Of a stretch of DNA of 64,000 bases, positions 49,560 through 58,128 are shown in pieces. Position numbers and translations under genes: made by a program. Position 1 is the stretch's first letter. Every line of letters starts with the position of its first letter. The notes under the pieces are model-generated. The model had not been told where the DNA came from, searched no databases, and worked only from the letters and a program-made list of their open reading frames with translations. The stretch comes from a bacterium (GTDB taxonomy: Bacteria > Verrucomicrobiota > Kiritimatiellia > CAIKKV01 > CAITUY01), in NCBI GenBank assembly GCA_037143175.1, contig JBAWZF010000011.1, forward strand, positions 3,747 through 67,746. The letters run 5' to 3'.

Positions 49560-49664
49560 TCAGGAAAGGCTCGATTTTATTGTTGGGTGGCGATATTTTA
49601 TTGCTGGTTGAGGGGAATCGTCGTAAATTTTAATCCCTATTTATCGAGTGATCGGGATAATCGC

Positions 49665-49895
49665 ATGGCAAAAGGTAAAACGGAAATTGACATGGATTTG
49701 TGTAAGGGCTGCGGCCTCTGTCTTACAGCGTGTAAGTTCAATGTTTTGAAGCTATCCAATCCGGAGCAGGTTAACAAATATGGATATCGTTTCATGGTTT
49801 CGGCTCAACCAGAGCTGTGCACGGGTTGTGGGTTATGTGCTCTGATGTGTCCTGACAGTGCCATTTCGGTGTGGCGCTCTAAAGCGAATCATTAA
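49665..49895 (+). CDS. 2-oxoacid:ferredoxin oxidoreductase delta subunit (2x[4Fe-4S] ferredoxin)
   Basis: Two CxxCxxCxxxCP motifs (CKGCGLCLTACKF, CTGCGLCALMCPD). Confidence 0.8.
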   Translation: MAKGKTEIDMDLCKGCGLCLTACKFNVLKLSNPEQVNKYGYRFMVSAQPELCTGCGLCALMCPDSAISVWRSKANH

Positions 49896-49912
49896 GGGTT
49901 GATGGGTGTCTT

Positions 49913-51022
49913 ATGGGCGAACGAGTGTTAATGAAGGGAAACGAGGCGATTGCTGAAGCAGCTATTCGAGCTGGCGTGCAGTCCTATTTCGGCTATCCGA
50001 TTACACCCCAAAATGAACTGATTGCCTACATGTCTGTGCATATGCCTGCGAAAGGCCGGACGTTTATTCAGGCGGAGAGTGAATTGGCGGCAATCAATAT
50101 GGTGTATGGCGCCGCAGCGGCAGGCATGCGCAGTATGACAAGTTCATCGAGTCCCGGACTCTCCCTCAAGCAGGAAGGAATCTCGTATCTTGTAGGGGCT
50201 CAGCTGCCTGCGGTGATTGTGAATATCATGCGGGGGGGGCCCGGCCTGGGTAATATTGCGCCTTCGCAAGCGGACTATTTTCAGGCCTGCAAGGGGGGCG
50301 GGCATGGTGATTATCATCTGGTGGTGTATGCTCCAGCTACGGTGCAGGAGGCTGCCGACCTGACCACCAAATCGTTTGATGTGGCAGACCGCTATCGCAA
50401 TCCGGTGCTTATTTTGGGGGATGCCATTATCGGACAGATGATGGAGCCTGTGGTACTGAGCGAGAGCACCCCGAACCCACCGCCCAAACCGTGGGCAGTG
50501 GGGGGGATCCGGAATGGACGAAAACCCAACTTGATCAACTCTCTTTCATTGGAAGAAGGCGTTGTTGAGGAGTGGAACTGGCTTTTCAAAGCCAAGTATG
50601 AGGAAATTAAGAAAAACGAACTCATGGTTGAAATGCTTGATTGTGAGGATGCGGATCTGATTTTAGTCGCGTATGGAACGACCTCCCGCATCTGCAAGGA
50701 AGTGTTACGCCAGTCGCGCGCCAGGGGGTTGAAGGTGGGCTTAATCCGTCCGATCACGCTCTGGCCGTTTCCCTATAGAGCCATTGCGCAGGCGGCCCGG
50801 AAAACCCCTGAATTTCTTGTGGTTGAGATGAGTCTGGGGCAGATGATTGAAGACGTCAAGTTGGCGGGGCTAGGTGATGCGGCGATCCATTTTCATGGCC
50901 GGCCGGGTGGCGGAGTTCCGCGTGAGATCGATATCAGGGAAATTATTGAGCATGTGCTGGTGCAAAAAAGAGCAGGCAAAATCGCCACGCGGGGAACCGT
51001 GATTGATTGGGAAATTTCCTGA
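49913..51022 (+). CDS. 2-oxoacid:ferredoxin oxidoreductase alpha subunit
   Basis: GYPITPQNELIAYMS and overall PorA/VorA similarity. Confidence 0.85.
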   Translation: MGERVLMKGNEAIAEAAIRAGVQSYFGYPITPQNELIAYMSVHMPAKGRTFIQAESELAAINMVYGAAAAGMRSMTSSSSPGLSLKQEGISYLVGAQLPAVIVNIMRGGPGLGNIAPSQADYFQACKGGGHGDYHLVVYAPATVQEAADLTTKSFDVADRYRNPVLILGDAIIGQMMEPVVLSESTPNPPPKPWAVGGIRNGRKPNLINSLSLEEGVVEEWNWLFKAKYEEIKKNELMVEMLDCEDADLILVAYGTTSRICKEVLRQSRARGLKVGLIRPITLWPFPYRAIAQAARKTPEFLVVEMSLGQMIEDVKLAGLGDAAIHFHGRPGGGVPREIDIREIIEHVLVQKRAGKIATRGTVIDWEIS

Positions 51023-51034
51023 GGCAAGTGTTTT

Positions 51035-51811
51035 ATGAGCGATATGGAAATGGAAAAAATTGCCGGACGATCCTCGTTGTGGGATGCCAAGCCTTCTCCC
51101 TATTGTCCGGGTTGTGGACATGGGGTGGTGCACCGGGTGCTATGCGAATTGATTGAAGAATACAATCTCGCTGACAATTGCGTCTTTATGGCGCCAGTAG
51201 GGTGTTCCATCCTGGCCTACACTTTTCTGGGACTGGATGTCTGTCAGTCAGCCCATGGCAGAACGCCTGCGGCAGCGACGGGTATCAAGCGAGCCCGTCC
51301 GGATACGTTTGTTCTGGCCTATCAGGGAGATGGGGATCTGGCTTCGATCGGTACAGCGGAAATAATTCATGCCGCCAATCGCGGGGAAAACATCACCACC
51401 ATTTTCGTGAATAATGCGATTTACGGAATGACTGGCGGCCAGATGGCTCCCACGACCCTCGCGGGGCAGACGGCCACGACTTGCTCGAACGGGCGTGATG
51501 CGTCATTGGGGATGGGGAATCCGCTCCGTGTTTGTGAGATGCTTCAGAGCCTGGCGGGAGTGACCTATCTGGCGCGCACGACGGTGCATACTCCGGCAAA
51601 TGTGATCAAGACAAAGATAGCCATTAAGAAGGCTTTTGATGTGCAACTCAAGCGGCAGGGGTTTTCGTTGGTGGAAATTCTTTCTTCCTGTCCGGTCAAC
51701 TGGGGTATGCAGCCCGTTGCGGCCTTGGATTTTGTTGATAAGAAGATGGTGCCTCAATACCCATTGGGCGAGTTCAAGGTGGGTGGTGTTTCTGTCACAC
51801 CAGGGGCATAG
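51035..51811 (+). CDS. 2-oxoacid:ferredoxin oxidoreductase beta subunit (TPP-binding)
   Basis: CPGCGHG and a TPP-binding GDG...N region. Confidence 0.85.
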   Translation: MSDMEMEKIAGRSSLWDAKPSPYCPGCGHGVVHRVLCELIEEYNLADNCVFMAPVGCSILAYTFLGLDVCQSAHGRTPAAATGIKRARPDTFVLAYQGDGDLASIGTAEIIHAANRGENITTIFVNNAIYGMTGGQMAPTTLAGQTATTCSNGRDASLGMGNPLRVCEMLQSLAGVTYLARTTVHTPANVIKTKIAIKKAFDVQLKRQGFSLVEILSSCPVNWGMQPVAALDFVDKKMVPQYPLGEFKVGGVSVTPGA

Positions 51812-51822
51812 GAAGGCGTATC

Positions 51823-52359
51823 ATGGAGCATCGTTGCATATTTTCCGGATTTGGTGGTCAGGGCATCGTTTCACTGGGGACTTTGGTGGCCAATGCCGGA
51901 ATGGCGGATAACCGTTACGTGACATTTTTTCCTTCGTACGGTATCGCCATGCGTGGGGGAATGGCGAGTTGTACCATTGTGGTATCTGATCACGAGATTA
52001 ATTCGCCGATCGTAAATGATCCGACTGTTTTGATGGTCATGGATGAGGCGTCCTACGATTGTTTTCATGGCAAGGTGGCTTCAGGCGGATTGATGTTTGT
52101 GAATTCAAGCCTGGTCAATAAGCGGATTTCACGTCCGGATGTTAAAGCGGTATATATTAATGCTACTGGTATTGCGCTCGAGCACGGGGATGGCCGCATG
52201 GCTAATATGGTGATGCTGGGTGCCGTTATCAAGTTGACCCGTATAGTTTCTTTTGAAGCCGTAGAAACGGCCATTAATAAAATTCCTTCGGTCAAGCTTC
52301 ACTCGCTTATCGGTCGGAATTTGCAAGTCATGAAGCTTGGATTTGAGGAAGCGAAATAG
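51823..52359 (+). CDS. 2-oxoacid:ferredoxin oxidoreductase gamma subunit
   Basis: FSGFGGQGIVSLGTLVANAG motif. Confidence 0.8.
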   Translation: MEHRCIFSGFGGQGIVSLGTLVANAGMADNRYVTFFPSYGIAMRGGMASCTIVVSDHEINSPIVNDPTVLMVMDEASYDCFHGKVASGGLMFVNSSLVNKRISRPDVKAVYINATGIALEHGDGRMANMVMLGAVIKLTRIVSFEAVETAINKIPSVKLHSLIGRNLQVMKLGFEEAK

Positions 52360-52374
52360 ATTAGGAGTTAGGTC

Positions 52375-53391
52375 ATGTCGTCCAAAATTGATTTTGACAA
52401 ACTGTGTTTTTCAATCACCCCCGGTGATACCATGTTCATCAGCAAATGTAAGGCAGATGGTGTGTGGGATAAAGGGGCCTGTCTGCCTTATGGGGACATC
52501 CCCATTTCTCCAGCCGCAGGGGTGTTGAATTATGGCCAGGGTTTGTTTGAAGGTCTCAAGGCGATGCGGACGAAAACCGGGAAAGTGGTGTTGTTCCGTC
52601 CTTCCGAAAACGGAAAGCGTATGACTGAGGGCGCCCATCGTGTCTGTATGCCTCCATTCCCTGTGGATAGGTTTGTGGAGGTGATTTGTGAGATTGTGCG
52701 CCGGAATGTAGCCTTTGTTCCTCCTTATGGGAAAGGCAGTCTTTACATTCGTCCGTGTCTTTGGGGGACGGGGCCAGTGTTGGGGGTCTCTCCTGCTCCA
52801 GAATTCACTTTTATGGTGTATGTCTCGCCTGTGGGCCAATATTTCAAAACAGGTGTCAAACCCATCAAGCTTGAGATCACTCGTGATTTTCACCGTGCAG
52901 CACCGAAGGGGACGGGCGGAGTGAAGTCTATTGGTAACTATGCGGGCGCCATGCTGCCTGCAAAAATCACCAAGGCTAAAGGATTTAACGAGTGTATTTA
53001 TCTGGATGCGCATGAGGATAAGTATATCGAGGAAGTGGGCGCGGCTAATTTCTTCTGTGTGAAGGACCATACGTTGCTGACGCCCAAGCTTGGTTCGATA
53101 TTGCCAGGCATCACCCGCAAATCGGTGATGCAGATTGCTCAGGATGTCATGGGATTGCAGGTGATCGAGAAGAGTCTATCGGTGGAGGAGGCGTTTTCGG
53201 CCGATGAGGCCTTCTGTTCCGGTACCGCCGCCGTGATTAGTCCCATTGGCTCCATTACTTGTGAAGACCAGGTGAAAATTTATCAAGATTTTGAGGTGGG
53301 GCCGGTCACTCAATCTTTGTACGATCATTTGACGCGTATCCAATTGTGTGAGGAAGAGGATCGATTCGGCTGGGTTGTTGAGGTCATGTGA
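52375..53391 (+). CDS. ilvE: branched-chain amino acid aminotransferase (fold type IV)
   Basis: GQGLFEGLKA, SLYIRP, ANFFCV motifs of BCAT. Confidence 0.85.
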   Translation: MSSKIDFDKLCFSITPGDTMFISKCKADGVWDKGACLPYGDIPISPAAGVLNYGQGLFEGLKAMRTKTGKVVLFRPSENGKRMTEGAHRVCMPPFPVDRFVEVICEIVRRNVAFVPPYGKGSLYIRPCLWGTGPVLGVSPAPEFTFMVYVSPVGQYFKTGVKPIKLEITRDFHRAAPKGTGGVKSIGNYAGAMLPAKITKAKGFNECIYLDAHEDKYIEEVGAANFFCVKDHTLLTPKLGSILPGITRKSVMQIAQDVMGLQVIEKSLSVEEAFSADEAFCSGTAAVISPIGSITCEDQVKIYQDFEVGPVTQSLYDHLTRIQLCEEEDRFGWVVEVM

Positions 53392-53409
53392 TCCGCGAAA
53401 TCGGGAAGA

Positions 53410-54615
53410 GTGGTCGTTCGTCCATGCCTGTTTTATTCCATGATTACAAAGCGCATACTTTGGTTAATGCTGTTCCTTATAGCTCTGCCGCTATGGGGGC
53501 AGACAGGCCCCTCGGATGTTGCGTCTGCCAGGGTGGTGATTGAGTTTTTCTTTGAAGTGGGGTGCGATAGCTGTGCTGAGGTGCGGGGGACGGTGTTACC
53601 TGAATTGGAACAACGGTTTTCGGGCTACTTTGATCTCCGTGAGCGAGACATTGGCATTCAGTCTAATTATCTTGCTCTGGTTCATTATCAGGAGGCTGCT
53701 CATGTTAAGGATAATGAGCCGGTCTGTATGGTCGTGGATGGACGGGATTATCTGCCAGGTGTGGATCGCATCAAAAAACAGTTTTTCCCCGCTTTGGATC
53801 AGGCGTTGATCCGGTATCAGACGGGTGCCAGCCCCGCGCCCCTCCCTGCAGAGGCCGGTACGGGATTGACTGATGTCTCGCTTTTGCAGCGTCGAATTGA
53901 TCGGTTTACGATTCTGGGGGTGATCTCCGCTGCTGCGGTGGATAGCATCAATCCCTGTGCCATTTCAGCGTTGGTCTTTTTTATGAGTTTCCTTTCGGCG
54001 GCGCGGATCGGGGTGCCTCGAATGTGGCTCTCCGGGCTGGCGTTTCTCGCGGCTTGTTTTGTGACGTATTTGGGGATTGGGTTTGGCCTTTTGAAGGTGT
54101 TGGGCTTTCTGACTGCTTTTCACGCATTAAAGGGAGTCATTGATGGTGGTCTGATATTGATGCTGCTCGGTTTTGCGTGCTTCTCCTTTCGGGACGCTTT
54201 GAAATATCATCGGACGGGTTTGGCTTCGGATGTCACGCTAAAATTGCCGATGAAGATTCAATCTATGATTCATCAGGTCATCAAAAGTGGCCTGCAGAAC
54301 CATCACTTGATCCTGGGGGGGCTCGGAATAGGAGTGGTCGTCACGGTGTTGGAGAGTGTTTGTACGGGGCAGGTATATGTTCCGGCGCTTGTTATGATGT
54401 TAAAAGGAGGACACTCCATTTTGCGGTGCACGGTTTACTTACTGGTGTATAATGCGGTTTTCGTGATGCCGTTACTTATTGTGCTGGGGCTGACATGCGC
54501 CGGCATGAAGACCCCGGCGCTTGTCGCCTGGAGTCGACGGAATGTTGTTACGAGTAAGATTATGTTGGGGTTATTGTTTATGGGAATGACCGCACTGATG
54601 GTGCTGTTACATTGA
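53410..54615 (+). CDS. DsbD/CcdA-family thiol-disulfide transporter with an N-terminal periplasmic CxxC domain
   Basis: Signal/TM, CDSC motif, then a multi-TM domain with Cys residues in helices (DSINPCAISALVFF, VCTGQVYVP). Confidence 0.55.
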   Translation: MVVRPCLFYSMITKRILWLMLFLIALPLWGQTGPSDVASARVVIEFFFEVGCDSCAEVRGTVLPELEQRFSGYFDLRERDIGIQSNYLALVHYQEAAHVKDNEPVCMVVDGRDYLPGVDRIKKQFFPALDQALIRYQTGASPAPLPAEAGTGLTDVSLLQRRIDRFTILGVISAAAVDSINPCAISALVFFMSFLSAARIGVPRMWLSGLAFLAACFVTYLGIGFGLLKVLGFLTAFHALKGVIDGGLILMLLGFACFSFRDALKYHRTGLASDVTLKLPMKIQSMIHQVIKSGLQNHHLILGGLGIGVVVTVLESVCTGQVYVPALVMMLKGGHSILRCTVYLLVYNAVFVMPLLIVLGLTCAGMKTPALVAWSRRNVVTSKIMLGLLFMGMTALMVLLH

Positions 54616-54634
54616 TTTCAGAGGAGAAGCGAAA

Positions 54635-55003
54635 ATGAAGAAAACGGATAAGCCGGTTAAGGTACAGGGAAGAATGCGGGTTTTGGCGGCTCATGCGAGG
54701 GCTGTGGCGGACTCGCAGGCCGTTAAGGCGGAGAGCCGCATTGTAATTGCGGTAATCGGCGAGGATCGTCCTGGAATTATGGCAGGAGTGACGGGGGTTC
54801 TGGCCAAGGTGGATGCTAACATCCTGGATGTGAGCCAGACGATTATGAGCGATCTTTTCACAATGGTCATGCTGGTGGATATCAAGCGGATTTCCGTCCC
54901 TTTCTCTAAATTGAAAGCGACTTTGGAAGCTTATGGCAGGAGTTCCGGGCTCTCCATCATTTCGCAACATGAAGAGATATTCCAGGCAATGCATCGAGTT
55001 TAA
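54635..55003 (+). CDS. ACT domain protein (UPF0237 family)
   Basis: VIAVIGEDRPGIMAGVTGVLAKVDANILDVSQTIM ACT fold. Conserved partner of the UPF0210 gene. Confidence 0.7.
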   Translation: MKKTDKPVKVQGRMRVLAAHARAVADSQAVKAESRIVIAVIGEDRPGIMAGVTGVLAKVDANILDVSQTIMSDLFTMVMLVDIKRISVPFSKLKATLEAYGRSSGLSIISQHEEIFQAMHRV

Positions 55004-55026
55004 GCAGGACGATCAGGGGATAAAAG

Positions 55027-56391
55027 ATGGCTATCAGTTCACAGGAAATTATTGAAACGCTGGGCATGATTCATGCCCAGAATCTGGATATCCGCACTGT
55101 GACCATGGGCGTTGACCTCCATGATTGTGCGGGTGAGGATGTCGCGCGTGTGTCCCGGAAGTGCTACGAAAAGGTCATGAGAATGGCTGAACGATTAGTG
55201 CCGACCGCGGAGGAGGTGGCGCAGGAATATGGTATCCCCATTATTAATAAACGCGTTTCTGTCACGCCCATCGCCTGGGTGGCAGCGGCTTGTGAATCGG
55301 AGGATTATACGCCGATTGCCCGAGAACTGGATCGTGCGGCCCGCGAACTGGGGATCGATTTTATCGGAGGCTTTTCGGCTTTGGTTCAGAAAGGGATGAC
55401 TCCGGCGGGTGAGGCCTTGATCCGTTGTATTCCCCGGGCGTTGGCGCAAACCTCCCGTTTGTGTTCCTCGGTTAATATTGGAACGACTAAAGCTGGCATC
55501 AATATGGACGCTGTGGCCCTGATGGGGCAAATCATCAAGGAATCCGCCCTTTTGACAGCGGATAGTGGTGGCAGTGCCTGTGCCCGGCTTGTAGTGTTTT
55601 GTAATGCAGTCGAGGATAACCCTTTTATGGCCGGGGCCTTTTTAGGAGCGGGAGAGGGAGATGGCGGGTTGTCTGTCGGGATTTCCGGGCCGGGTACCAT
55701 CCGGGCGGTTGTTCAGGCACTGGGACGTGATCTGGATTTGCAGATGGTGGCTGAGGAAATCAAGCGGGTGGCATTTAAGATTACCCGGGCGGGTGAGTTG
55801 GTGGGGCGAAAATGTGCCGCGCGGTTGGGCGTGCCGTTTAATATTATCGATCTTTCATTGGCACCCACGCCTGCGCCGGGGGATTCAGTCGCAGACATTC
55901 TGGAGGGGTTGGGATTGGATAAGGTGGGGTGTCCCGGAACAACCGCAGCGCTTGCATTGCTGAATGATGCGGTTAAGCGAGGCGGGGCGATGGCTACGAG
56001 TCGGGCAGGCGGAATGAGCGGAGCCTTTATCCCGGTGAGTGAGGACGCCACGATGGCGCTTCGTGCGGCGGAAGGTTCCCTCACGATCGAGAAGCTTGAG
56101 GCCATGACGGCGGTGTGTTCCGTGGGATTGGATATGGTTATATTGCCGGGCGATACTTCAGCGGAAACCTTGAGCGGCATTATTGCGGATGAGGCCGCCA
56201 TTGGGATGATTAATAAAAAAACCACAGCGGTCAGGGTGATTCCTGCGCCGGGTAAGAAAGTCGGTGATTTTGTAGATTTTGGCGGGTTGCTGGGCGGGGG
56301 GCCTGTTATGCCTGTGAATAATCACTCCTGTGCCGTCTTTATCCGTCGTGGTGGGCGTATCCCCGCTCCATTGCAAGGGCTGAGTAATTAA
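55027..56391 (+). CDS. UPF0210 (DUF711) family protein
   Basis: N-terminus [27 protein letters not shown] is typical of UPF0210. About 450 aa. Confidence 0.7.
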   Translation: MAISSQEIIETLGMIHAQNLDIRTVTMGVDLHDCAGEDVARVSRKCYEKVMRMAERLVPTAEEVAQEYGIPIINKRVSVTPIAWVAAACESEDYTPIARELDRAARELGIDFIGGFSALVQKGMTPAGEALIRCIPRALAQTSRLCSSVNIGTTKAGINMDAVALMGQIIKESALLTADSGGSACARLVVFCNAVEDNPFMAGAFLGAGEGDGGLSVGISGPGTIRAVVQALGRDLDLQMVAEEIKRVAFKITRAGELVGRKCAARLGVPFNIIDLSLAPTPAPGDSVADILEGLGLDKVGCPGTTAALALLNDAVKRGGAMATSRAGGMSGAFIPVSEDATMALRAAEGSLTIEKLEAMTAVCSVGLDMVILPGDTSAETLSGIIADEAAIGMINKKTTAVRVIPAPGKKVGDFVDFGGLLGGGPVMPVNNHSCAVFIRRGGRIPAPLQGLSN

Positions 56392-56393
56392 TC

Positions 56394-57272
56394 GTGACGA
56401 CCAGCATTCCAGATAAAGGCCGCGGCGAGCAGCGTGAAAATCTATTCTTTCTGTTTGTGATCCTGGCGGTCACGGTGATTGCGTATGGCCCCCTAATGGG
56501 TGGGGTATGGGAGATGAGTGCCCAGACCACTCAGGCCCTTAATGCCTTCGTGTTGTTGGGTGTGGCATTTGTAGATGCGCTGCTTACGGCGGTAAAAATG
56601 GGGCCGTTTCGACCCGCAATCAATTCCCACGGTTTGTTATTATTCGGGCTGTCCTGTCTGGCTCTGGCGACGGCATCCCTAGCGCAAGTATGGCCTTTTT
56701 CGGTTTTGGGATTATGTCTGAATGTGGGTGCCTTGTTATCGTTCTGTTTTGGCAAGAATGGGGTGAGGGCATTTTATCCCGCACTTGCGGGGTTTGCGGT
56801 GGTGGTTCTAATGCTGGTATTAGTACCGCAAGTTGATGAAACACTGAGGTTGCTTGCGGGCCGGATGTCTGCCTGGATATTGCCACTCCTCGGCATCCGG
56901 ATTGAATATTTAGTCCAGGCGATGCCCTTTCAAGTTTATCTTGTTGCGGAGAGAGGTGCGGGGGTGTTCAACGTGGCTACCGAATGCAGTGGTATGGGTA
57001 TTCTGATGTCCTCGATGGTGTTAAGTTTGATTCTAACCCTCAAGCGTCGAGTTCCGGCCTATGGTGTTATTCTTTTGCTGGCCGCATCCATGGTGATCGG
57101 GCTGGGGTTCAATATTCTTCGAATTGTGGCAATTGCGCTAACCGCACTCCGTACGGATCTCCCGTATTCCGTTATTCATGAAGGACTGGGAACAGGAGTT
57201 TATTTGTTGGCATTGCTGACCATATGGCTATTGAACTATTTGCCAATTACTGGAAGCCGTTCTTCATTATAG
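56394..57272 (+). CDS. exosortase/archaeosortase-family membrane transpeptidase (short form)
   Basis: Eight TM helices. Catalytic-triad-like motifs GAGVFNVATECSGM (Cys), FNILRIVAIAL (Arg), YSVIHEGLGTG (His). Starts 3 bp after the UPF0210 stop. Confidence 0.6.
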   Translation: MTTSIPDKGRGEQRENLFFLFVILAVTVIAYGPLMGGVWEMSAQTTQALNAFVLLGVAFVDALLTAVKMGPFRPAINSHGLLLFGLSCLALATASLAQVWPFSVLGLCLNVGALLSFCFGKNGVRAFYPALAGFAVVVLMLVLVPQVDETLRLLAGRMSAWILPLLGIRIEYLVQAMPFQVYLVAERGAGVFNVATECSGMGILMSSMVLSLILTLKRRVPAYGVILLLAASMVIGLGFNILRIVAIALTALRTDLPYSVIHEGLGTGVYLLALLTIWLLNYLPITGSRSSL

Positions 57273-57315
57273 GTGAGGATGCAGGCTGAAATTTTTTCTC
57301 GCATGATGGCGGCCG

Positions 57316-58098
57316 TTAGTTCTTTAGGTTGTCGGCCTGGTTTGTTGATGTTTCGCTGGCGCCCATGTTGGTGAAGTTATCGGGGACTGTCGATTCCTTC
57401 GGGTTTTGTGCGCGGGCTGCATCGAGAAAGCGGGTGGCAAATTCCATTTCACTTTGCGCAAGCTTAATTTCCTGCTCAATATTATTAGTCCTCGACTGAA
57501 TGAGCATGTCTTCGGCTTCGACAATCTCTGGGGGTGATGAGGTGAGGATGACTGTTGGGTTAATGAGTATGGTTGGGATATTTGTGACCATCCAGTCGGT
57601 ATTATTGGTGTCATTATTAGTGTAGGGGCGACTGAGGCGGGCGGCTGGGGTTGGGGGCGGAGTAATCTTGAAGAAAGAGCAATTACCTATCAGGAGAATG
57701 GTTGCTAAAACCAAAAGAGGCAGCCCGATGGTGAGCAATTTTCGCCATTTGCGGAAGCCCGCAAGGCCTTCCCACGTTCCCGTATTGAGGTAAGATTGGA
57801 CAAATAATCGTGTATGGCCGATTTCGATCACATCACCGTGTTTAAGGGGTGATTCATGAACTTCTGATTTGTTGATCAGGAGGCGGTTGGTTTCTCCCAT
57901 GACGCAAATCTGGAGTTGCTCGGCGCGGGGAGTGATCTTGGCGTGGAGTTCGCCGATTTCTGAATCGGGTAGACAAATGTCACAGGAACTGCCTCGTCCA
58001 ATGGTAACTGGGGAGCGTCCGATAGTGAGACGTTCCCCATGCTTTTCCCCATTAAGTATGACAAGTTGATAAGACATAAAGTGAGGCATCATACACAA
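57316..58098 (-). CDS. FHA domain protein with a single TM helix and an Asn/Thr-rich extracytoplasmic tail
   Basis: FHA motifs (LTIGRSPVTIGRGSSCDICLPD, SEIGELHAKI, NKSEV, GDVIEIG) followed by TM LLTIGLPLLVLATILLIG. Confidence 0.7.
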   Translation of the reverse strand: MCMMPHFMSYQLVILNGEKHGERLTIGRSPVTIGRGSSCDICLPDSEIGELHAKITPRAEQLQICVMGETNRLLINKSEVHESPLKHGDVIEIGHTRLFVQSYLNTGTWEGLAGFRKWRKLLTIGLPLLVLATILLIGNCSFFKITPPPTPAARLSRPYTNNDTNNTDWMVTNIPTILINPTVILTSSPPEIVEAEDMLIQSRTNNIEQEIKLAQSEMEFATRFLDAARAQNPKESTVPDNFTNMGASETSTNQADNLKN

Positions 58099-58128
58099 GC
58101 CTTAGCGGCGATTGCAGTCTTTTTTGCG

